A stretch of DNA of 64,000 bases from a virus, in the IMG/VR virus record IMGVR_UViG_3300028840_008180, positions 1 through 64,000 of that record. The stretch is one strand, 5' to 3'. Below the pieces are notes generated by a model. It saw only the letters and a list, made by a program, of their open reading frames with translations. It searched no databases and was not told where the DNA came from. The position numbers and the translations under genes were made by a program. Positions 19,830 to 29,574 of this stretch are shown here, one piece after another; the stretch's first letter is position 1, and each line of letters starts with the position of its first letter.

Positions 19830-20192
19830 TCACCTCCAGAAGGATAAATACGCATACTCAGCATTCCGACTGATGCTGGTAAAGTCGGTGAACCCATCGA
19901 GTTCATTCAGCATGATTTCTAAGTCTTCCAGAGGCACCTTGTGGTGCCTTGCTATGTGGTAGTCAATAGAGATCACAACCACCTTTTCACCAAAATGCCT
20001 TTCCAGAAGATCGAGCTTGGTCTCAAGTTTTTCCAAGAGTACCAATTCGGATTTTTGCTTAAGGAATTTCAGCTTTGGGACCCGTAGTCCTACGAGCCAC
20101 TGGTCGAATAGGTACTTGAACTCGGGGAGTTGCTTCTGTAACTCCTTATCCGTAAAGACAAGTTCGCCGATATTCTTATCGTGAATACGCAT
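19830..20192 (-). CDS. hypothetical protein
   Basis: Probable start MRIHDK; the longer ORF call overlaps gp26 antisense. Confidence 0.6.
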   Translation of the reverse strand: MRIHDKNIGELVFTDKELQKQLPEFKYLFDQWLVGLRVPKLKFLKQKSELVLLEKLETKLDLLERHFGEKVVVISIDYHIARHHKVPLEDLEIMLNELDGFTDFTSISRNAEYAYLSFWR

Positions 20193-20240
20193 GACAATAC
20201 TATTATCAGATAGTAAGCGAGACTTGAAAGAGGAGCGAAT

Positions 20241-21494
20241 ATGACAGAAAGCAACTTCCGTCAAGAACGTAAAAAGAAGGTTACGCCCGAAGAGGTGGGT
20301 AGCCTTCCTGAAGCAAAAAAACCAACCGAGCAGGGACCACCGCCACCGATGGTGGAGAGTCCTGGTGAGGGAAACCCACTTGATCAAGTCCATGCCTTTC
20401 AGAGAGAGGCTGGGGTAAGTGTTGGGGGGCAACAACAAGGACACACACCGGGTGAACAACAGGTTGGCGATATACTTGCAAAACCCATGGAGGGAGTTTC
20501 TGTTACTGGAAAAATACCCCCAGCAATGCAACAGGCTTTGCAACAGCGGATTTCTCAGGTGCAGCAGGGCGACGAAGATGAAATGCATATGCCACCACCC
20601 GTGCGAGAGATGCCCGACTATGAATTGCCGCCCCATCAGCAGCAACAGCCTCCAATGCCAGATTACAATCCTTCGCAGATACAGACTAACGATCCCAATC
20701 TGAATGCTCTGTTGGCTGGCTTGTCGACACAGAATTATGAAGAAATCCTCCTTCCATCACGAGGGGTCCTCTATGATTCGCCCGATCTACCAGTTAACGG
20801 TGTACTACATCTACGACCGATGACCGGTCAAGAGGAAAGTATCCTTTCGACAGTTCGCTTTATGCGAGGTGGCCGAGGTATCGAGATGATCTTCAAGAAC
20901 TGTATACAGGAGAAGAACATCAATACCGAGAACATGCTGAGCGTCGACCGGACGTTCCTATTGGTCTACCTCCGAGCTATTTCGTATGGAAACATGTACG
21001 AGGTTAGTGTCCGTTGTCCCGATTGTAACCATCAATTCGATTACGATATCGATTTGAACCTGCCGATTGACTACTGTCCAGAAAGCTTCACTAAGGCTAG
21101 CATGACGAGGCAGTTGCCAAAAACTGGGTATGTTTTCAACTACCAGTTGATGACCGGTGCCATCGAGACACAAGTTGGCCAATATCGTGATCATAAATCG
21201 AAGTTCTCGAATGCAACCGATGATTCGTTCATCTATCGAGCTTCGATGCTGATTACCGAAATTGGCAACAAGGATGCGAAGATAGATCAGCGACATGGCA
21301 TCCAAGCATTGATCGAGCGGCTGCCCGCTCAAGATGTGAACTACATTCGCAACGTGTTGAACGAGCCGCCATTTGGCGTCGATACTGAGGTGAAGGTTAT
21401 TTGCCCGGCTTGTACGAGCCAGTTCCCGGTCGAATTGCCGTATGAAGCCAATTTTTTCTTCCCACGGGAGAGGATAGAGGACACGCAGCATTAA
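20241..21494 (+). CDS. baseplate hub/tail assembly chaperone, T4 gp26-like
   Basis: LPSRG, LRPMT.QEE.IL, DR.FLL..LRAISYG, two CxxC, terminal NFFFP; Pro/Gln-rich N-terminus. Confidence 0.8.
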   Translation: MTESNFRQERKKKVTPEEVGSLPEAKKPTEQGPPPPMVESPGEGNPLDQVHAFQREAGVSVGGQQQGHTPGEQQVGDILAKPMEGVSVTGKIPPAMQQALQQRISQVQQGDEDEMHMPPPVREMPDYELPPHQQQQPPMPDYNPSQIQTNDPNLNALLAGLSTQNYEEILLPSRGVLYDSPDLPVNGVLHLRPMTGQEESILSTVRFMRGGRGIEMIFKNCIQEKNINTENMLSVDRTFLLVYLRAISYGNMYEVSVRCPDCNHQFDYDIDLNLPIDYCPESFTKASMTRQLPKTGYVFNYQLMTGAIETQVGQYRDHKSKFSNATDDSFIYRASMLITEIGNKDAKIDQRHGIQALIERLPAQDVNYIRNVLNEPPFGVDTEVKVICPACTSQFPVELPYEANFFFPRERIEDTQH

Positions 21495-21661
21495 CCTACT
21501 CCCAGTGGCTCTACCAGGAATTGTTCTTCCTGGCGTACCACTTGAAGCAGGATATTATCAAAGTGAAGACATGTCTCTCCCCTGTAGAACGGCGATACTT
21601 CATTGACCAGTTTGTCGAACAACGAGAAAGAGAGCATAAGGAGTTGAACAAGAAGAATTGA
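21452..21661 (+). CDS. -1 frameshift extension of gp26 (gp51/tail chaperone GT-like); absent from the ORF track
   Basis: Heptamer T TTT TTC at 21452-21458; open -1 frame ...YQELFFLAYHLKQ...SPVERRYFIDQFVEQRERE...; no ATG. Confidence 0.65.
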   Translation, partial: FFLPTGEDRGHAALTYSQWLYQELFFLAYHLKQDIIKVKTCLSPVERRYFIDQFVEQREREHKELNKKN

Positions 21662-21668
21662 GCATACC

Positions 21669-22400
21669 ATGAAAGAGCGTAACCAAAACCTGAACCTGGG
21701 CGACACTGTGAGGCTTCGCTTCTTTGTCTGGAACGATGTCTTGGCCGACCCACACGAGATTACACAAGTCGATATCTACAAGCTCTTCGATGTGGAAACC
21801 ACAGAAGAGAATCCGCTTGGGAGACGACTTCTTCAAACGGTGGAAGCCGCTGATATTGTCAAGGAAGATGTAGGGAAGTACTACATCGACCTTGTATTGG
21901 ACAGTCCGCTTTACACGCAGGGTCGCCTTCAGGATGAATGGAATGTTGTCTTCGAGGATAATGGGCCAACGTCCTACTCCCCGATGGACTTCATGATCGG
22001 ACCAGATGCTTGGTTCACGGACAGCAGGCCGCTTGTCCATGACTTCAACTTCGCCTTCCGTCCCAATCGCATTGTGCAAGGAAGCGTCAAATACCTTGAG
22101 ATTACCATGACTCCAGATGTGCCACGAGGTACCGATAAGGAAAGGTATTACAAGCACTTGGTTTCGGGCGGCACGCTCTATGTTTCTATCGAACAGAAGT
22201 GTGGCGAGTGCCTCCCACAGGAAGAGGACCTCCGCATCGTTGTGGAGGACGAGGAAGTGACCGAGCGAGATGGTTGCGTTTCCTATTACAAGCTCGACAC
22301 AACGGACCTTGATTGCGGTATCTACAACGTCTGGTTCAAGTTGGAGATCGGCGAGAACATTTATGTGAGCGACAAGCAGCCGCTCCAGATATTCCACTAA
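21669..22400 (+). CDS. putative structural protein
   Basis: 243 aa, acidic and beta-rich, follows gp26. Confidence 0.6.
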   Translation: MKERNQNLNLGDTVRLRFFVWNDVLADPHEITQVDIYKLFDVETTEENPLGRRLLQTVEAADIVKEDVGKYYIDLVLDSPLYTQGRLQDEWNVVFEDNGPTSYSPMDFMIGPDAWFTDSRPLVHDFNFAFRPNRIVQGSVKYLEITMTPDVPRGTDKERYYKHLVSGGTLYVSIEQKCGECLPQEEDLRIVVEDEEVTERDGCVSYYKLDTTDLDCGIYNVWFKLEIGENIYVSDKQPLQIFH

Positions 22401-22436
22401 GGAGTAGTCACGTTCTGTTGCGAGGGTACCTGTGTT

Positions 22437-22475
22437 AAAACCACCACCCCCGGCATTGCCGGGGGTGGTGGTTTT
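22437..22475. terminator. bidirectional intrinsic terminator
   Basis: AAAACCACCACCCCCGGC-ATT-GCCGGGGGTGGTGGTTTT between convergent genes. Confidence 0.9.
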
Positions 22476-22483
22476 ATGCGCCA

Positions 22484-23434
22484 CTAGTACTTGTGCCCAC
22501 AGACGTGGCAGAAGTTAGCTTTTGCCGGTTTTCGCTTGGCACCACAATTTGGGCAGTAGCCACCCTTAACGGCCCCAAAGCCGCCGCCCTCTTGTATTTC
22601 GGCGATTTCCTCTTGTTGGTGACCTCGTAGGAAGACCTTCACCGTAGTGAATTGTTCCTCTAGGTCAATATCCACCTTACGGAACCGTTGGCTAGAGTAG
22701 CTACCTTCGACGGTTACGCCTGGGGTAACTTCTCTCTTAGCCCGACAACGCTTAGCGGTAGGTGCGGCATCAGCGAAGCCGAAGCTACTATTGAGCAACT
22801 CGGCATCCGCTGGGGCGGTCTCCGGTTGCACAACACCACCAGCCTGATATTGGATGGTTGGTGGTACTGCACTTGAAGTTGTCCCGCCGCCACCGCAACA
22901 GTGTATCTCGGATGGGATCGGCGGACAGTCGTCTGTCGTTGGGTCGGAAAACCAGGTCATATCCCAGTTCGTGATGTGCCCATCATAGTGGTGGTGGTGG
23001 TGATGGATATCCCTTCTCCGGTACCACGGCGTCTTCTTTTCGTGGTGGTGGTGATGATGCACCTCCACCGGCTTCGCCTTCTCCAGATAGAAGCGTGCTT
23101 CAATCACGCCGTTCAACCGATCCTTGTTCTCTGGGTCCTTTCCGAAGTCTTGTGCCTCAGTGGAATCCGGAGCAACGAATAAGAACTTTCGAGGCGAGTA
23201 GCTATTCCGCTCGATGTCAACATAGCTATTCGGCTGTATCACGTAGCCGTTTTTGCTTTGTTCCTCACCATCGATGTACAGCTTAACGACTGCACGTCGA
23301 TCACGGTGCTTATTCCTGAAGCGGATGCTATACTCGGTGTCGAAGGGAAGTTCAACGGTACTATCATTCAGTTCTTTCTGAATCTTACCGTTGACGAGAA
23401 TTGAAACTACGAAGCGATTGCTGTAAGCCATCAT
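22484..23434 (-). CDS. hypothetical protein with two His tracts and a C-terminal zinc ribbon
   Basis: Two HHHHHH runs; CPNC...CHVC; probable start MMAYSN. Confidence 0.7.
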   Translation of the reverse strand: MMAYSNRFVVSILVNGKIQKELNDSTVELPFDTEYSIRFRNKHRDRRAVVKLYIDGEEQSKNGYVIQPNSYVDIERNSYSPRKFLFVAPDSTEAQDFGKDPENKDRLNGVIEARFYLEKAKPVEVHHHHHHEKKTPWYRRRDIHHHHHHYDGHITNWDMTWFSDPTTDDCPPIPSEIHCCGGGGTTSSAVPPTIQYQAGGVVQPETAPADAELLNSSFGFADAAPTAKRCRAKREVTPGVTVEGSYSSQRFRKVDIDLEEQFTTVKVFLRGHQQEEIAEIQEGGGFGAVKGGYCPNCGAKRKPAKANFCHVCGHKY

Positions 23435-23540
23435 TGAAAACTCTCCTTTTATCTCTGTAGGACATACCCTCAGCCTCATTGGGCGGTTGAAAATTCGGGG
23501 TCCGAGTCAGGACTCCAAGGCATTTCTGTCCTTTTTCTAT

Positions 23541-23569
23541 CTATCGACAGGAGAGTAATAGAACTTGAG
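23541..23569 (-). promoter_or_regulatory. sigma28-like promoter
   Basis: CTCAA-N16-GTCGATAG. Confidence 0.55.
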
Positions 23570-23584
23570 GAAATCCCCAATTTC

Positions 23585-23613
23585 TTGCTTTTTCCCGAGA
23601 GAGTGTGTACGAT
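23585..23613 (+). promoter_or_regulatory. sigma70-like promoter
   Basis: TTGCTT-N17-TACGAT. Confidence 0.45.
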
Positions 23614-23707
23614 GGTTGTAGAGGGTGCGACAAAGAATTTATCCGTGGAGGGTCAGAGAAATTGCCGATATATGCGGGATTTCCGCAATATACAGGAAAA
23701 AGTGGGG

Positions 23708-23736
23708 TTGACCGGTTTACGAAAGGCCCATAGAAT
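23708..23736 (+). promoter_or_regulatory. sigma70-like promoter
   Basis: TTGACC-N17-TAGAAT. Confidence 0.6.
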
Positions 23737-23770
23737 GGCTTCGGAACACAAAAACCCTGATGGAGGTGAA

Positions 23771-23941
23771 ATGGAGACTCTGATTGAGGGGAGGCAAGAA
23801 ACCCAGTCGGGGGCCATCATTCATTTCAAGTTGCTTGATACGATGCTTGCTCAGTCGGAACTGGGCTTGCAACACAACAATCGGCCCGAGCCGATTGAAG
23901 AAAGTACGGAGTCGAAAACAGGAAAGGATGACTCCGGTTGA
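23771..23941 (+). CDS. small acidic protein A (IHFKLLDTMLAQSE motif)
   Basis: SD GGAGGT; promoter upstream; paralogue at 24198. Confidence 0.6.
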   Translation: METLIEGRQETQSGAIIHFKLLDTMLAQSELGLQHNNRPEPIEESTESKTGKDDSG

Positions 23942-23962
23942 TCTAGTGGGGCAGAAGTTCTT

Positions 23963-24135
23963 CTAAAGAAGACAGTAAGCAGGAAGCTCAAGGACCGTTA
24001 AGTCCGGGGGCGAACTATATCGCCATCCCACCTGATGCTCAAGTCTTTCTCAACTAGCTATGCTTTGAGAAACGCTAGCCACGGAAGGTGATCTCTCTTC
24101 CCAGCAAAGCAAACGGTTATCTATCCGTACCGCTA
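23963..24135 (-). pseudogene. decayed copy of the resolvase 3' end
   Basis: PWLAFLKA*LVEKDL versus PWLAFLKAELVQKDL in the intact gene; in-frame stop and indels. Confidence 0.7.
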
Positions 24136-24197
24136 CGTCGAGTTCGGCATGATCGCATTCGACATAAGGCGGGAATTTTGCTAAGAGAGGTGCCTAA

Positions 24198-24356
24198 ATG
24201 TCCGATGCAGTTAAGATTGAGGAAACCCTTATCCATTTCAAGTTGCTCGATACGATGCTCGCTCAATCTGAACGTTGTGACTCACAAGGCCAGGGTGAGC
24301 CCGAATCTAGCCTAGTCGAAGAAGAACCCAGTAGGAAGCTGAAGGACGGCCAGTAG
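24198..24356 (+). CDS. small acidic protein B (IHFKLLDTMLAQSE motif); absent from the ORF track
   Basis: 52 aa MSDAVKIEETLIHFKLLDTMLAQSE...; SD GAGG. Confidence 0.55.
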   Translation: MSDAVKIEETLIHFKLLDTMLAQSERCDSQGQGEPESSLVEEEPSRKLKDGQ

Positions 24357-24830
24357 GCCAGTGCCAAGCCAATCTCGATACCTGACATGGTACTCAAGGT
24401 CCTTCTGAACTAGCTCTGCTTTGAGAAAAGCTAGCCATGGTTGGCGGTCTTTCTTCCAACAAAGCAACGGTTGTTTACCCGTGCGATTTGCATCGTCGCT
24501 TGCTTGATCAAGGAACTCGTCCAGCAGGGCTACCTTGCTTTGAGTGGCTACGTACATGTCCAGTTCGTTGTAGCCGTTTTTGCATTCGACGGTGAAGCGA
24601 AAGTTCGGCGGGCAGACAATGTCCCCGATGTAATCCTTAGTGACGCACTCAACCTGACTCCAGCGGTTCCCGCTGCCGACGACCCTGGAGAATTGAGATG
24701 TGTCGAACCGTTCATTCAGCAGCTTGACGAGCGCCAGTTCGCCACGTTTTCCCTTGTGCTTCGAGTTCTTCTTCTTCTTTTTCTTATCGTCGAAGATATC
24801 GATATCAACCTCATAACCATCCAAATCCAT
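24312..24830 (-). CDS. Holliday junction resolvase, Hjc-like PD-(D/E)xK nuclease
   Basis: SKHKGKRGE, GSG, GDIV, VECK. Confidence 0.8.
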   Translation of the reverse strand: MDLDGYEVDIDIFDDKKKKKKNSKHKGKRGELALVKLLNERFDTSQFSRVVGSGNRWSQVECVTKDYIGDIVCPPNFRFTVECKNGYNELDMYVATQSKVALLDEFLDQASDDANRTGKQPLLCWKKDRQPWLAFLKAELVQKDLEYHVRYRDWLGTGLLAVLQLPTGFFFD

Positions 24831-24871
24831 CTATCCCTCCGGGGTAATAGAGTGATAGGTGGCGATTTTGG

Positions 24872-27094
24872 TTACGCAGGTGTCCGACGAATGTTCTCGA
24901 TCATAAACTTATCGGTCTGAAGAAGTCCTGACACGTCTTCGAGGTTGCTGAGAAGTCCGTCGAACTCCTCTTTCTGAAGTGTCCCCTCTCGGAACAGGTC
25001 AGCGACCATTACATCAAGATCGTCGAGGTTCGCACGGACGTTCACGAGTATCTCGTTGAACTTGTCAAGATCGGCTGCGTCGATCATCTTTTTTTCGATA
25101 GCCATTGTGTCTATCCTTATGGTTGCGGGATCGGAATCAAAGGGAGGTGTCAGGTTGTTGATGTGTGAGTTTACCGCTGTTGTGCGGTCCCCGTCTTCGT
25201 CCCCTTCTCCCTCCTCATCGTCATCGATCTCGATAACGACTTTGTTCTTAGGGTCGCTGGTTGTGGTGTCAATAAAGGCCAACCACGTTTCGTGGAAGTC
25301 CTTAAGCATCTGTTCCATCGATACCAGCTTTCCTTTGGTGGCACGGTCGCACCATCCGTACTCATCTTGCAAGATATCGGCCCAATCCTTATAGTCGTCG
25401 TCTTGCAATTCCGCTGTGGTGATACTAGGATCGGGGACCCCTGCGGCCAGGGAGGACTGTTCGATATCGCTGACTGGTCCATACTCCACCCGCTTGGGAT
25501 CGACCCAGGCACCACTCGGTTCAGACATCGTGAGAATGCACTTGTGTATGAACTCAAAGCAATCCCTTGGGAACGAGGCGATATCCATGATTTTCGTCTT
25601 CGGTTTTTCCTCCCCAGCGGTGTTCTGGATATGAGTAACCCAAGATTCGTGAGCCTCCTTCAACAATGAAGACAGTGTCACCATATTATCGCCCCGGTAG
25701 CGAGGCATCCACTTAAACTCCTGCTGGAGGTACTGTGCCCACTTAATGTAATCGTTCTTATTGACGATCTTCGCCGCAACCCTTTGGTCTTTGCTAACCT
25801 GGGCCGTCCAACTTGGGTTGGGGAGGTTTGTTTTTTCAGCGGCAGTTTTTAGGTCCTTTGGCGAACCGGGGACGGTGGGGTGTGACGACCCCTTTGCCGT
25901 TGTCGAGAAGGTGATATACCGGTGGAGGTACTCGTAGCAGTCATCCGGCCAATCAGAGATTTGGTCTGGGGCGCACATTGGGGGGACTGTTGTAGGGTTT
26001 GTACCACCCGTTTGAACCGGAATTTTGTTCGACTTTGGCTTTGGGTTGGTGATATGGCTAGGCGGCTTGATTGGTGTGTTTGTAGGCTTCTTGACAGTCT
26101 TTGTTTTGACCTCATGGTTGGCGAAGTCAAGATTGGTGATCACCCTGATAGGCTTAGCATCTTTCGCATCCTCCAATGGTGGTCGCTCTTGCTCGAAGGT
26201 CGTATTGTATTTGCGGTGTCGATTGACGTGCATCTTCTTGACGCTGATCTCATTATCCGTTGTGAGCATAAGCACCCAGATATACATCGGGGGGAACTCC
26301 AAGATCGGCGTATTCCCTTTGACGTATTTCCTCACGCTGGGTGTAGCCTCGACGGCTTCCCTGAAGATTCGCTTCTCCGAGACGACATAAACTTGGCCTA
26401 GCGTCTCCCGCATGTCGACGACCTGTAAGGGGCGATCTTTGTCTCTGAACAACCACAGTGCCCTCGTGTCATCTTCCCACCTTTCGGCGATTGCGACGGC
26501 CATCGCACCGTAGTTGATACGGGCGAAGATGTCAGCAAGGCCCAGCACCTTGTGACTCCACAATGGTACATCTTCATCCTTCAAATCCTTGATCAGATCG
26601 CCGTCGATGGTCTTCACCTTCTTGAGTTGTTGGCGAAGGAAGTCGAGAGGGTAACGAATGCCCAGTTCCATGATTCTGAGAAGTATCTCGCTGTCACATT
26701 CGGTGGCGATATCATACTTACCCCGGAGTACATCAAACTCGGGTACATTCCCATTGTGGACCAATGCAGTTCGATAGCTCTTTGAAAAGAACGGGTGGTT
26801 GTTACGGTTCTTGTTCTCTGAGCCCTTTGAGGAAGAGCGGCGGCAGTGAGAAATCAGGAGGTTGAGGTCCCTGTTTTTGAGTTCTAACCAGGGGTCGGTC
26901 TTTATGAACTCTGTGGATTTCTTTGCTGCCTTGGAAAATATGGCGAGACCGTTGTCGCCGTTAGCTGTGTTGGTTGCCCAAAAGCCCGACGCATCATCGC
27001 CACGCACTTGTGTTTTTGCAAGGAGAGCCGTTGTTAGGGCGAAACAAGCCTCACGATCCTTAGGCTTACCAATGAATCCGACGATTCCACACAT
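24872..27094 (-). CDS. class II (Ntn) glutamine amidotransferase domain with long repeat-containing C-terminus
   Basis: MCGIVG, RGDDASG, HCR, NNHPF, HNG, ECDSE. Confidence 0.8.
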   Translation of the reverse strand: MCGIVGFIGKPKDREACFALTTALLAKTQVRGDDASGFWATNTANGDNGLAIFSKAAKKSTEFIKTDPWLELKNRDLNLLISHCRRSSSKGSENKNRNNHPFFSKSYRTALVHNGNVPEFDVLRGKYDIATECDSEILLRIMELGIRYPLDFLRQQLKKVKTIDGDLIKDLKDEDVPLWSHKVLGLADIFARINYGAMAVAIAERWEDDTRALWLFRDKDRPLQVVDMRETLGQVYVVSEKRIFREAVEATPSVRKYVKGNTPILEFPPMYIWVLMLTTDNEISVKKMHVNRHRKYNTTFEQERPPLEDAKDAKPIRVITNLDFANHEVKTKTVKKPTNTPIKPPSHITNPKPKSNKIPVQTGGTNPTTVPPMCAPDQISDWPDDCYEYLHRYITFSTTAKGSSHPTVPGSPKDLKTAAEKTNLPNPSWTAQVSKDQRVAAKIVNKNDYIKWAQYLQQEFKWMPRYRGDNMVTLSSLLKEAHESWVTHIQNTAGEEKPKTKIMDIASFPRDCFEFIHKCILTMSEPSGAWVDPKRVEYGPVSDIEQSSLAAGVPDPSITTAELQDDDYKDWADILQDEYGWCDRATKGKLVSMEQMLKDFHETWLAFIDTTTSDPKNKVVIEIDDDEEGEGDEDGDRTTAVNSHINNLTPPFDSDPATIRIDTMAIEKKMIDAADLDKFNEILVNVRANLDDLDVMVADLFREGTLQKEEFDGLLSNLEDVSGLLQTDKFMIENIRRTPA

Positions 27095-27173
27095 AATGAA
27101 ACCTCTTCATAGGGAACTACATCGTATGGGACATACGTGTTATAGACTTTATGAGTGAAAAACACAAGACGAC

Positions 27174-27545
27174 TTACTCGGGGGCGGGACCTTCTGTTGT
27201 TGCTCCGATGGTGTTTACAGGCTCACCTAACTTTTCAGATGATTGTTGTAGGTCCTGTACCGCTGTCGCCAGCGTACTTTTCAGGTCCTCATTAGACTCA
27301 ATAGCGTTGCTTAGTGCAACACCAACTCGTTGGAGAGCTTCGAGTGAAGACTTTTCTGTGTCGGGCCAGTTGTCTTTAAGGATGGGTCGGATGTTATCCA
27401 CGATACCTTTGGTGCTGTCAACAAGCTGTTTTGTTCCCATATTCGGGGCGTCTTCGCTTAGGTTTTGCAAGGCGGCAAGGATATCGCCAAGTTTTTCACC
27501 TAAATGTGACTTAACTTCGTTGATAATGAAATGTTTGAAACGCAT
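27174..27545 (-). CDS. small helical protein with capsid-targeting-like N-terminus
   Basis: Starts MRFKHFIINE. Confidence 0.65.
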   Translation of the reverse strand: MRFKHFIINEVKSHLGEKLGDILAALQNLSEDAPNMGTKQLVDSTKGIVDNIRPILKDNWPDTEKSSLEALQRVGVALSNAIESNEDLKSTLATAVQDLQQSSEKLGEPVNTIGATTEGPAPE

Positions 27546-27548
27546 GAC

Positions 27549-29174
27549 CTATCTATGATTTTCTGCTGAAAAATCTACTGCGGCGGCGATGAGGCCGTCA
27601 AAGAGCGGGTTGGGGTTGCCCAACCTACTACGAAACTCGGGGTGTGCTTGTGTACCGATGAAATATGGATGTAATGATTGATCTAGTTCCATGATTTCAA
27701 TGAGGTTCGTTTCGGGATGACGCCCCGAAACAACGAATCCTCGTTCAGCGAGCCTTTCAGTGTAATCTTCATTGACTTCATACCTGTGGCGGTGCCTTTC
27801 AGATATCAGCTTTCGTTTGTATAATGCTCTGGCTAACGTGTTCTTTAATACGTTACAATCGTAGGCACCCAGTCGCATGGTGCCGCACTTCTTTCGTATC
27901 TTTTCCTGTCCTTCCACAAAATGGATGAGGGGATGGTCAGTTTTAGCATCAAATTCGATGCTGGTTGCACCTTTGATACCGATGGACCTCGCAAATTCAA
28001 TCACAGCACATTGTAAACCAAGACATATGCCTAAAAATGGTATCTTCTTCTCCCGAAGATATTTGATACCTTTGATCTTACCTTCCACGCCACGGCAGTC
28101 AAAACCACCGGGAACAATCGCACCGGACAAACCTTCAATGTAAGGTCGCACACTTCGCATGTCTTTGGCCGATTCGAGTGCTTCTGCTGCTATCCATCTT
28201 ATCTTCACCTTCACGTCGTTAGAAACGCCCGCATGATATAAGGCTTCCTTCAATGAAATGTACGCCTCATCACAATTCTCATACTTACCAATGATACCTA
28301 CTTCGATTTCTGGTAGGTCCACGGCGCTCATGTACTTCTCAACCAGATCACGGTACTTATGAATCCTTACGCCTTGCCGACGCATGTGAAACTTGTCAGC
28401 AATAAGATCATCGATGTGCCGATTATAGAACTCGATGGGTACTTGGTAGATTGAGTCGACATCCGGTGCTTCGCAAACAAAGTCACGGGGTAGGTTGGTT
28501 AGATGCGAGATTTTATCAAGGATTTTCTCAGGTACCGGGCGGTCGACACGACAGAGTAGTATGTCGGGATTGATACCGAAACCTTGTAATGATTTCACAG
28601 AGTTTTGGAGCGGTTTGGTCTTGAACTCCTTAATAGTCGGTATCCAAAGGATCGGTGCAACCATCAGTACAAGTACGTCATCAGGGTTCTTTTGCTTATA
28701 TTGCCTAATCGCCTCCAGATAAGGACCTGATTCGAGGTCACCAATCGTGCCACCGATTTCACAGATACAAACGTCACAATCGGCACCCACGGTTTTGAAT
28801 CGTTCTTGAATTTTATCAGTACAGTGTGGGATGATTTGTACCGTTTGACCTAGATAGTGACCTTCCTCTTCCTCATCCAGTATTTCTTTGTAAAGCCGAC
28901 CGCTGGTAAAGATGTTATCAGAGGAGACTTCGATACCCGCAATTCGTTCATAATGCCCTAGGTCTAAGTCGGCTTCGGTACCGTCATTACAAAGAAACAC
29001 CTCGCCGTGTTGGCGAGGGTTCATGGTTCCAGCGTTGATATTGAGGTAAGGATCGAACTTGACTACCTGGACAGTCGCTCCCCGCATTTTCAAGAGAAGC
29101 CCTATGCTGGCGGAAGAGATACCCTTACCAGTTCCACTGATCACCCCACCGACAACGATAACATACTTGGCCAT
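27549..29174 (-). CDS. pyrG: CTP synthase
   Basis: GGVISGTGKG, DPYLN, DLDLGHYER, KTKP, GICLG, RHRHRYE, HPE. Confidence 0.98.
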   Translation of the reverse strand: MAKYVIVVGGVISGTGKGISSASIGLLLKMRGATVQVVKFDPYLNINAGTMNPRQHGEVFLCNDGTEADLDLGHYERIAGIEVSSDNIFTSGRLYKEILDEEEEGHYLGQTVQIIPHCTDKIQERFKTVGADCDVCICEIGGTIGDLESGPYLEAIRQYKQKNPDDVLVLMVAPILWIPTIKEFKTKPLQNSVKSLQGFGINPDILLCRVDRPVPEKILDKISHLTNLPRDFVCEAPDVDSIYQVPIEFYNRHIDDLIADKFHMRRQGVRIHKYRDLVEKYMSAVDLPEIEVGIIGKYENCDEAYISLKEALYHAGVSNDVKVKIRWIAAEALESAKDMRSVRPYIEGLSGAIVPGGFDCRGVEGKIKGIKYLREKKIPFLGICLGLQCAVIEFARSIGIKGATSIEFDAKTDHPLIHFVEGQEKIRKKCGTMRLGAYDCNVLKNTLARALYKRKLISERHRHRYEVNEDYTERLAERGFVVSGRHPETNLIEIMELDQSLHPYFIGTQAHPEFRSRLGNPNPLFDGLIAAAVDFSAENHR

Positions 29175-29361
29175 AAGATATCAGAGCTAGTCTTCCCCCA
29201 ATGCTTCCTTAATTTCTACGAGTGGTATAATCCCCGACTGTGGCTTCCCGTTTTCATCAAGCCAAACACCTTTGTAGTGGCTTTCATTACCTTGCTTGTG
29301 AAGAAACACCTCCACTCGTCGGCCAAACCGCTTAAGCTGTATGGTTCGTCCGGTATAATCA

Positions 29362-29562
29362 TTACTCTTCTTCTTCGTCATCATCTCTCCTGGGTTTGCG
29401 TAATACAACAACGAGACCGTTGTATTGGCCGCCCTCTGTCTTCTCTGGGTGTGAGAAGATGTTGAAGATTGTCCAATCGGTCTTTTCTTCGATCTCATTC
29501 AGTGTTTCGGTAAGCTCAATTCCGGTCGTCCGGATAGCTTTCCAGAGATACTTCGTTTTCAT
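29362..29562 (-). CDS. hypothetical protein
   Basis: 66 aa; SD GGGAG. Confidence 0.55.
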   Translation of the reverse strand: MKTKYLWKAIRTTGIELTETLNEIEEKTDWTIFNIFSHPEKTEGGQYNGLVVVLRKPRRDDDEEEE

Positions 29563-29574
29563 GGTATCTCCCTT

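Noticed and set aside
19830-20645. Long antisense ORFs in the track (this one, 9473-10117, 21600-22484, 39220-39852 and similar)
   Set aside because: Shadow ORFs of well-supported genes; only the 3' part of this one (from 20192) is credible.
23660-23672. Eighth sigma28-like promoter (TGCCGATAT)
   Set aside because: No TAAA-like box 16 nt upstream. Weaker candidates near 20200, 27130 and 44080 were also left out.
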